In this document: one piece after another, positions 55,022-64,000 of the stretch
Layout of the letters: each line of letters opens with the position of its first letter
How positions within the stretch are numbered: position 1 is the stretch's first letter
Assembly (NCBI GenBank): GCA_964035545.1
Contig: OZ037771.1
Span: 3,235,628 to 3,299,627 of the forward strand
From: Bugula neritina
Taxonomy: Eukaryota > Animalia > Bryozoa
DNA: 64,000 nt
Direction: 5' to 3'
Notes under the pieces: generated by a model
What the model was told of the DNA's origin: nothing
Seen by the model: only the letters and a program-made list of their open reading frames with translations
The model's database searches: none
Translations under genes and position numbers: made by a program

Positions 55022-57270
55022 ATGTTTACAATTACAGTCTTAAGTAAGTTATATTAATACTATATAATATACTTTCTTAAGGTCATTTCGAACCTGTGCT
55101 TGAAATAACATAGTCTCTTAGCAAATTAGTGAGCGAATTTATTCAGCCATTAATGTTATAACTCAAAATGTATTTATCAGACAGCATGGTAAAATGTGAA
55201 GTGGCTTTATGAATTTGTATATAGCACATTATAGCACTTCACAATAGAAATTATTGCATAACTTTCAATGCAAAGGGCTTAAATAACTTTAAAATAGCAT
55301 TGAATAACTTGAATATTGTATTGCCAAAACTACTGAAAATCAAAGGCAACTATATAAGTTTTAATGACCAGAGAATTGTATAGTGATAGGAGCACTGGTT
55401 TAGTAAAAAAACACATAAGCTGTCATAGCTTTAAATCCAGGGCAGCGGGTTTGAATTTCTGTGCCGCAGCAAAAACCGTCAAACCCCTTAAAATTCCCAG
55501 CCCTGCTCTCACAGAGACAGGATTTAGTTGCAGTAACAAAAAGATTTTTATAGCTTATAAGTTTTTTAACTTTCTTAATAATACTTTGTTTTGGTTAAGG
55601 GTTGAAATTCTATTTATTACATTTTTATTTATACTATGTACACATTGTAATCTTTTTATTATACTGTACCTATAGCCATCTCAGGAAGGGGGACTCTAAG
55701 CAAACGTGAGTTTTATTTGTATGGTGCTCTTAGACTTAACCTGAGTTTATACCAACAGGTCTGCTGTGTATGCAGTTCTCAGGAACTAGGGCTTTGGCGT
55801 TACCCAAAGATTGTGACTTCTTCTGCAGTAAAGATATCTGGAGCCCAGCTTGTGGAACTGATGAGGTGACATACAGTGAGTACAAGTTCCCTGTCTTCTG
55901 CCACCATCATGTGTCACATCACATCTAACATCACAGGTTATACTGTATGTCACACATGTCACCTGCCATGTCACGTCACCTGTCATATCACCTGTCAAAC
56001 CACACGTTGCATCACCTGTCATGTCACATCACATGTCAAACCACATGTTTCATCACTTGTCATACCACATCACCTGCCACATCACCTGTCAAACCACACG
56101 TTGCATCACCTGTCATGTCATATCACATGTCATGCCGCAGGTCACATGACTAGAGAGTTTGAGAGTTATTGACTCTAACCATAGCTAGTCATGTTTCGTA
56201 CAACATAAAGATAATTTCTAGGGTGACTTATTGTGATTATCACTTAAAGCAAGTATAATTAATGCCTTAAATTTAAATAATCAACATTTAAAATGGGATT
56301 CTTATTTATCCTACAATAAAATTACATGGCATGCTTTTGAGAAACTCTAGCTGTGGCCAGCAGAACTTTAACAAATAACTTGAAAACTAAGTGCAAAAAT
56401 ATAGAATACAAGCAAATATTGATATTTTTATAAACAATATTTATAAACAATGTATAATATAGTAGATAGGTTGTGTTGCAATGTTTCAATTTATTGCAGC
56501 TAACCTATGCACCTTTTCGGAAGCCTTTTGTAAAAACAGCAGCCTCAGATTGAGTCATATCGGAGATTGTAATAGCTGTCCGTATGATTGCTATAAAGTA
56601 GACAATCCCTTGTGTGGTTCTGATGGGAAAACCTATGGTAAGTTTCACTGTTATATTATATGATCGTTTTACTTATCAATAATAGTTATAACTTTGGTTT
56701 TGATAAAACTTTTTAATTCATCAAAGCACATATAACTAGCTCAAGTGATATGATGTAGTATATACTTAGATTAAACTAGGTTAGCAGCAGCAGTAATGTA
56801 GTAGCAATATTTAATAAGTTACTTTTTAATGCTAATATGATAAAACTTGCAATGCCTCGCAGGCCTTAAGCATGTTCATTATTTCTGCCAATTATTCCAT
56901 CTCAAACTTTGAGTTGTCTGCCCCTTGTGTTCCAGAGAATAGCTGTGCGTTGAAATTAGCGACGTGTGGTAATAGCAGCATTACCCTGAGTCACAAAGGA
57001 GAGTGTTGTAAGAAGAGATCTTGTACATCAGTCCAGCTCTTGTGCGGTACAGGCGGGAAAACATATGGTGAGTTACTTGAAGCTGCATGTTCTGTTATGA
57101 CAAGGTAGCTCTTTAATGCGGTGAATGTAACTGTACTAGCTGTTGCAGAGGTTCAAAACTCTACATCAGCCTGTCAGTATAGCTCATTTAAACATTTAAT
57201 TTTATATAATGAAGGAAATAAAATATCTCAGAAAGTGATCGGTTCACGATAAAAATAAAACTAATAAGAA

Positions 57271-57331
<61 letters not shown>

Positions 57332-58177
57332 CCTTACAGGTTTTAATAAAGAAAAAAAACTTTTCTAGAAAAATGTGTTGCATTTTATTTATAATATTAA
57401 TCTTACAATAATTTTGAAGCTGAAATTAAATTGTACAAGTTATATTGGAACTAGTTTATACTCACATAAAATTTGGAGCACATGCAAGGCCTGTGCTAAA
57501 TACAGACACACTAACTGCAACTCATTTGAAGTCAAATCACTGAGGCATTTAAATGAACATAAAAGTTAATTTAGAGAAGTTGACTTTCACCGTTTTTAAC
57601 TGTATCCACTTTAGCCCTTACGGTAATAGGAGGTGCTAACTGATTCTTTTAAATTTTAGAAAGTTATAGATGTGAATTTGAATATGCACAGTGCGAAGAC
57701 CCTAGCATAAAGCTAGCCCACGAGGGGAAGTGCAAGGATTGTGCTGATGGATGTTATGAAATATACAGCCCAGTTTGTGGCAGTGATGGAAAGACATACA
57801 GTAAGTTTGCTAAGTATTGAGCATATGATTGCTCGAAAAATGCTGTTGAACTTTGTAGATATAACTAGCTGAAATAACTCACCAGATCAAAATTATAGTG
57901 CCAGGAAAACTGTTGGCTTGATTGACTTTGAAAATCTTTGTTTATATCAGCAGCTCCAGAATTCTATCATAGGCCCACTACATTGATCAAAACCACCACC
58001 GTAATTGCTGCCATTTTACCAGAAAATTAATGTGAACCTTGTTGCTAAGCAAGGAGTGTAAAAGCTGTTGCTAGGTAACGAATGTAAACTCTGCTTCTAG
58101 GTAACGACTGCAAGTTGAACAGACAGAGTTGTCTTACAGGCATAAATATAACAGCAGTGTCAAGAGGAACTTGCTAA
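55022..58177 (+). CDS. Divergent secreted Kazal-type inhibitor 5 (4 Kazal domains)
   Basis: Exons 55022-55043, 55759-55875, 56500-56637, 56936-57067, 57660-57800, 58101-58177. Signal MFTITVLSLLCMQFSGTRALA; phase-1 introns after each TY. The first exon is less certain. Confidence 0.8.
55905..56150. repeat. Degenerate CATCACCTGT/CATGT tandem repeat, intronic
   Basis: Direct reading. Confidence 0.8.
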
Positions 58178-58187
58178 GTAAAAGCAG

Positions 58188-58387
58188 GTATCCCTGGTTA
58201 CTGTATCCATGGTTACTATATCCATGGTTACTGTATCCCTACTTACTGTTATCCCTGGTTACTGTATCCATGGTTACTGTATCCATGGTTACTATATCCA
58301 TGGTTACTGTATCCCTACTTACTGTTATCCATGGTTACTGTATCCATGGTTACTTTATCTATGGTTACTATATCCATGGTTACTGTA
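58188..58387. repeat. 15-bp tandem repeat (ATCCATGGTTACTGT) just after the Kazal gene 5 stop
   Basis: Direct reading. Confidence 0.9.
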
Positions 58388-59139
58388 TTACATTATAGTA
58401 GGAATACAGTATTGCCATAACTGAAACTTTTCTATCTGAAATATAAGATGGTAATCTTGCACATGAGCTTATTTATATTTTATCCAGTGACTAAATGAGT
58501 CAATTGAAATGCAAGAATCAGAACTCATAGTGTTGCTGACACATTTTACCAGCAGCAGCAGCGGCAGCAGTAGCATATACGCATAGTATCAATGGGAAAT
58601 AGACAATAAAATAGTTTCAATAAAATAACACATTATAATGAACATTTATATATTATCATTTTTATTATTTATATATATCATACAAACAGAAAAACACCTG
58701 AAAATTTGTCATTGAGAAGCGTTATAGTAGAGTTTCTTAAAGTGTGAATATTTACAGATAATAAGTAACACTAACTCAACAAGAAAGATGTATTTGCATG
58801 TGAGATCTAAAATAGACATAACAGGAACAATTGGTGAAAATTTAGAATTGTTATAAAAAATTAACAAAATAAGAATGATACTGGTAAATGAGATATTAGA
58901 ACATTAATTTCTAGAAGTTGTTCACTCTGTAGGTAATTCATAAATATTCTGATAGTAACGGATATGGCATGGTTAATAGAATTATGAAGAAAATTGTAAC
59001 TTTAAACTAAAGAAAAAATATATATATTTGCCCACACTAATTTACTAACTACTCAAAAATATTTTACAGAGAAAACTATACCAATAATAATAATACTATA
59101 ATGCAAATAGTGTTAAGGGAAACATATACATAGTCCTGG

Positions 59140-62100
59140 TTAAGATTGCTTAGCTTCGAACATAGAACTGATGTTAGGGAATGAGGGGGAAGACTTGGAA
59201 TGTAATACTGTAAGAAATTGAATAGCCTTAGGAACTAAATACCAACCATTTACAGGAATGTTGGAATAGGTTATAGTCCTCATGTCGTCTAGATCATAGG
59301 CTGTTACGTGATAAGTTGGCTCTGTACAAATATTTACAGCATATAAACTACAACCATAACCACCTATCAAGTACCTGACAATATATATACACGAGTTTAA
59401 TTGATGAGATTCCCTATGAGTAACGGTGTCAGAGTACCTGGTGACATCTGTCAACCAGTTGTTAGCTATATTTAGTGAGTAAGTGACACCAGTCTGACAC
59501 ATGCACAGTGACTCAGTGGCAGGTCCATCTCCACACGGCCGATATGGGCTGTAAGGAGACCTGCGCTCATTGGCCAGCAGTGTCATCGTGGTGCTGCCGT
59601 GAGAGGCAGGCTTGTACGAGATTGTGACAAAAATAGTCTCCAAGGATTTGGAGGGCGAAGTGAAATGAATGTCCATAGAAACTGCGTAGTGGCCATCCTA
59701 CAACAGACGAGACATCATTGACCAATGAGAATCATCATACGTTTAATTCAATCCAATATTTCAAAACGTTCATCATCAAATTTAGAAATTTCATTTGGTA
59801 TAAACAAAACCTAAAAAGTGCTGTTATTAACAAACATTGTAATTATTGCCACAATACAAATTCAGACTAGCCAGAATGCCAACATAAATATTCTAATTAA
59901 GACATAACTGATAAAAATCTTACACCAATATAACTATATTTATATTTATGAAATAAACTAAGCATGTTAAGGTAGATTAGCTACTCTTACTACTATATAT
60001 AACAATGCAATACTCACTTTACTAGTAGTGATACTTGTGTGGGAGTAATTTACTGGCAGGAGAAGATAACATTTCATATTTTGGGCACCTCCAGAGTTTT
60101 CCATCATACTCTTAGATAGCTGTGCTGAAGCAAACTCAGCAAGGAGAAACAACTCTACGTCTGAGAGAACGATCTTATCTACATACAGTACAGTACGCGA
60201 TGTACTGAGTACCAAACAATGCAGAAAGTTCACAGTTAGTTGTAGTTTTGAGGCTATCTAAAGGTTGTTAAATTTGCGAACCTAAAAGTAATGAATTGTT
60301 ACAAATATTATTTAAAACTAATGGCAAAGCTACTCTAAAATAATTTTATGTCACTGTATCTTCACAAGCCAGACATAGGCAAACCTTTTAAATTACAGAT
60401 GCATATGTTAGGTTGATAGAGTGTCAGGTCTTGGCAGGTTCTCTCAGGTGATAGAGTTGACACAAGTCCTTCTCTGACAGCCTTAGCCGGTGTCGCTATG
60501 TACTTCAGCAAGTAGTGTATATCCAACATGGTGACTAGTCTAGCCTGGTTAGCAATGAGATTCTTCATCACCTCTTCCCCTAAACATATATTTCTGAACC
60601 TTATACGTGTGAACATTGCTTCCCTAGCACATGGGACATTTCTTGCTAATGCACAACATTAACAGAATTATGAGATATGAAACAAAATTAATTTATACAG
60701 ATAAAATGTACCGGAACTGGTATTTTCAATTTTTAAAACTTCCATTGATCAAGAAAAAAGTTGACAGTGCAAAGTAGGAAATAAGGAATGGTAGAAAGAG
60801 CTAAGAATCCATCATCAAAAAGTCCAAATCATAAAAAGATAATAACCAAGAATATGCTGAGCTCCTTTAGGCACTATCATGTAAAATATGGGGTGATACG
60901 TCTCGTCTCGTCCTTGCTGGTGGCTCTGTGGAAACGTGCCGTAAGCATTGCCGTGATCAGAGATTATTATGGTGAGCGTGTTTGTTTGCTTTGTCACGTG
61001 TTCAATATGATTGGCCAAATCTACATCCAGCGTTTTAATTCGAGTTCCATCTTCATCATGTGGCGTGTTACTACCGTAGAAACTTGTGTAGGGAATGCCT
61101 GCAGATAGCATTAAAACACTCGTTAGAACAGTGGAAATCTGTAGAATTTGTTATATTCTCCAGATAGTTGATAAACCCACATTATTAAACATTATTTTGG
61201 AAAGAAACTACAACATGATTTGTGAGGTTTATATATAATGTATATATCACTTTAGGAGTTGTCTCCACTACCAACAAGTGTTTCCTAGTTGCAGTATAAA
61301 ATACAACCTACAGAAATCATCTCACTATTAAAATTTGCACACTAAAGCTGATGAATTGGAGCTAAAAATGATGCATTCAGCAGAATTTAAAAAGTTTCAA
61401 GCTGCAGATGCAGTAGTAATCCTGTTGGATAGAATGCCGTATGAATAACTTCCTATTCCCTATGAAAGGTCATGGCTGTTCCAATCATTAAGTAAGGCAG
61501 CAGTATACACCGCTAACTTTTACACAAACAACAATATTATATCTAACATTAGTTGCAATACTCCACATGACCATTATCAAACAAAAAAGTTGTAGTATCA
61601 AGAAAAGAACATATTAAAGTCCTCAACAGTTTGAATATACAGGTGTGAAGTTTGAGAATTAAAGCAGCATAGGTGTTTTTACTGTCACGATAAAATTACC
61701 TGCATCCACCCTCTGTTGTTGATACTGGGCCAGATATTCGAATATGTAACTATGATGATATCTTCCATTGTAACACACGGCTGGCACTCCGTGAAATGGA
61801 TCTGGCTTGCCATTGGCTAGCAATACTTCACAACTATAAGTTAATAGTAGTAATATAACACGAGGGGGCAACTTCCAATAATTTGCTGTTTAAACTTATC
61901 AAAACTTACAATTTATGTCTAGCGTGAAGAGCAGTAATATTTCCAACACATACGCCAAACTTTAAAAACAAAAAATTGATTAGTGATTGCGTAATGAGAT
62001 TGTACAAGATTTATCAAGTTAGTAAGTTTTTGGTAACAGGTAGAGTACAGAAGCCAAATTGCAGTAAAAACGATTCCTTGTAATATTTTTAAAGTCAAAT

Positions 62101-63783
62101 TTCTAATTCCTGCCTCATGTGACTATTCCATGACTCACCCTGCTGGTGAAATGCCGTAAGAAGTTATCCCCCCGACGTGAAAAGCCTTCCACAGATTCCT
62201 CCAGTACTCGGCACGACCGAGTGACTTACTGTGAACCAACAGGTCCTTACTAATTCCCCACTCCCAGGTCCAGCACAGGTCTTCCAGGAAGAGATTCTCA
62301 TATCCTGGAATAGACACGCCTACTATAGACACACCACTTAGACACGCCTACTGGACAAACACGACTTAGAGACGTCTAAATTTTAAATTCTTAAAGCACA
62401 TTGTGATTGTCTTTGCGTGTACCAGCTGAACATGGACACTACTTCACCACACTACAGTATAATATACTATTAGTATTACCACACCACACTACAGTATAAT
62501 ATACCATTAGTATAGCCTCACCACACCACAGTATAATATACTATTAGTATTACCTCGCCACACTACAGTATACTATACTATTAGTATTACCTCACCACAC
62601 CACAGTATACTATACTATTAGTATTACCTCACCACACTACAGTATAATATACTATTAATATTATCTCACCACACTATTAATATTACCTCACCACACTACA
62701 GTATAGTATACTATTAGTATTGCCACACCACACAGGAATAACAGACACCTTTATCTCGAAGGGGTTGCAGTGTTTCCTGTAGAAGTAGCGGAGATTTAGG
62801 TGAGCCCTGCGTTGAGAAAGTCTGCTTCGTGTCAATAACTCCACCAAATAATGCCTGCATGTTCTCAAACGTGCGAGACTTGATGCTTTGAAAGAGCGGG
62901 TAACTCAGCACCTGAACCAATATACACATCAATTAGATACATCTCAGCAATGCTTTTACAAAACCCAACACCTTCACAGATATGCAGAAATTCTTATTCT
63001 TATTACTTGATCAATACATCTTTTTATAAATGTTGGACAAAAATTTTGTTTTAGTAAACATTCTGATAAAACCAGCTTCAATATTTTTCGTCTAAACCGA
63101 GCAACACATTGGTTTTGATACACCATTTCACCTGAAGTGCGCAATTTCTAATACCTGTTGAACACATATCTCACCTAAATATCTCACCTTTATATCTCAC
63201 CTTTAGATCTCACTATTATATCTCACCATAACATCTCGCCATTGCATCTCACCATTATATCCCACCATTACGTCTCACCCACAGATCTCACCACTATATC
63301 TCACCTTTATATCTGTGGAATGTTGGAGGTTCTTTAGTTTGCCAACAGTTTTTGGCAGACTCCGGTGAAAATGGAAGTAGGAAACTGAGTCTAAGAGCAG
63401 TATATTGATGCTGACACTTGTCCTCTGCTCATTGGTCACATGATCTCTCTTGACAGGCTTGTCAGGTAGTATAAGTAATTGAGTACCTGCAGAGCACCTG
63501 CCAGTCCAACAAACATCACAATTAGTATGTTAAGACTTATCTCAAGATTGAATATTATATCTTCACACCTCATATATACATAGTTCAACAACTATATATT
63601 AATATTATACCCTCACACCTTATATATACATAGTTTGAATGACCTCCCTGGTCAATAAGCTGTCGAATAGCCTGGCTAAGTCTGTCTGATGATTGGTGCT
63701 CTCTCCAGATCATACGACCAGTTGCTATATTTAGATAGCCAGATTTCACACGACCTTGACAACTCACTAGGTCACATTTGACA
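59140..63783 (-). CDS. DUF229-like (alkaline phosphatase/sulfatase superfamily) protein, 3' part; 5' exons lie beyond the right edge
   Basis: Spliced exons give INILLLDSVSYFHFHRSLPKTV, FQSIKSRTFENMQALFGG, LFLEDLCWTWEWG, CYNGRYHHSYIFEYL, TPHDEDGTRIKTLDVDL..TLTIIISDHG, NQARLVTMLDIHYLL..RTCQDL..CIC; stop at 59140. Some exon edges are approximate. Confidence 0.75.
62445..62730. repeat. ~37-bp tandem minisatellite (CCACACTACAGTATAATATACTATTAGTATTACCTCA)
   Basis: Direct reading; intronic. Confidence 0.85.
63168..63305. repeat. ~14-bp tandem repeat (ATCTCACCTTTAT-like)
   Basis: Direct reading; the last unit overlaps a splice donor of the DUF229-like gene. Confidence 0.8.
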
Positions 63784-64000
63784 TCCTAAATATACAAACA
63801 ATATGACAAGTTGAAATGGCTTGGCAGTACAATGGTAAATATATAAAATCGGCTGCTTTTATACTCTGCCACTTAGCTGGCAAATATAGGCTACATTACT
63901 TTAAATCAACGTGAATAACTTTTTGGCTGGAGCTTGATTAAGATGCCAGTTAGATTGGGAAAAGCATGAATAATGAGTATTTTGTAGCATAAACATAGTT

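Noticed and set aside
55676-55705. Possible extra micro-exon in Kazal gene 5 (AG...GTGAGT)
   Set aside because: It would insert charged residues into the signal peptide and is not needed for frame; unsupported without transcripts.
62445-62730. CRISPR-like ~37-bp repeats (also 29481-29688 and 58188-58387)
   Set aside because: Head-to-tail units without unique spacers, no cas genes, eukaryotic non-coding context.

Overview
AT-rich, intron-dense invertebrate animal genomic DNA; the species cannot be determined from this window. In order: (1) the 5' coding exons of a group I PAK kinase (minus strand, running off the left edge). (2) A hand-assembled 41-exon receptor tyrosine kinase of about 1940 aa (minus, 35263-7158). 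Its architecture is chimeric: signal peptide, usherin-like LamG-like/laminin-N-terminal/laminin-EGF head, three plexin-B-like IPT domains, TM, a MET-type kinase with a Src-type HRDLRAAN loop, and a ~620-aa Tyr-motif tail ending in TQV. (3) Inside a GC-AG intron of that kinase, a very young Ty3/Gypsy (Mag-like) LTR element with identical 111-bp LTRs and a GTAGC TSD. Its gag and pol are in frame across a single UGA-CUAG, and it carries a third ORF encoding an SGNH/GDSL hydrolase-like protein in the env position. (4) A tandem cluster of five secreted multi-Kazal protease-inhibitor genes (plus strand). (5) Inserted upstream of Kazal gene 4, a young, internally deleted BEL/Pao element (862-bp LTRs, CAGAG TSD) with no tRNA primer-binding site. 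The sequence at its PBS position is instead complementary to the exon-exon junction that splicing of a putative LTR intron would create, suggesting splice-dependent self-priming. (6) The 3' part of a DUF229-like gene (minus). Gene models and family calls come from manual translation and motif recognition; no searches were run.
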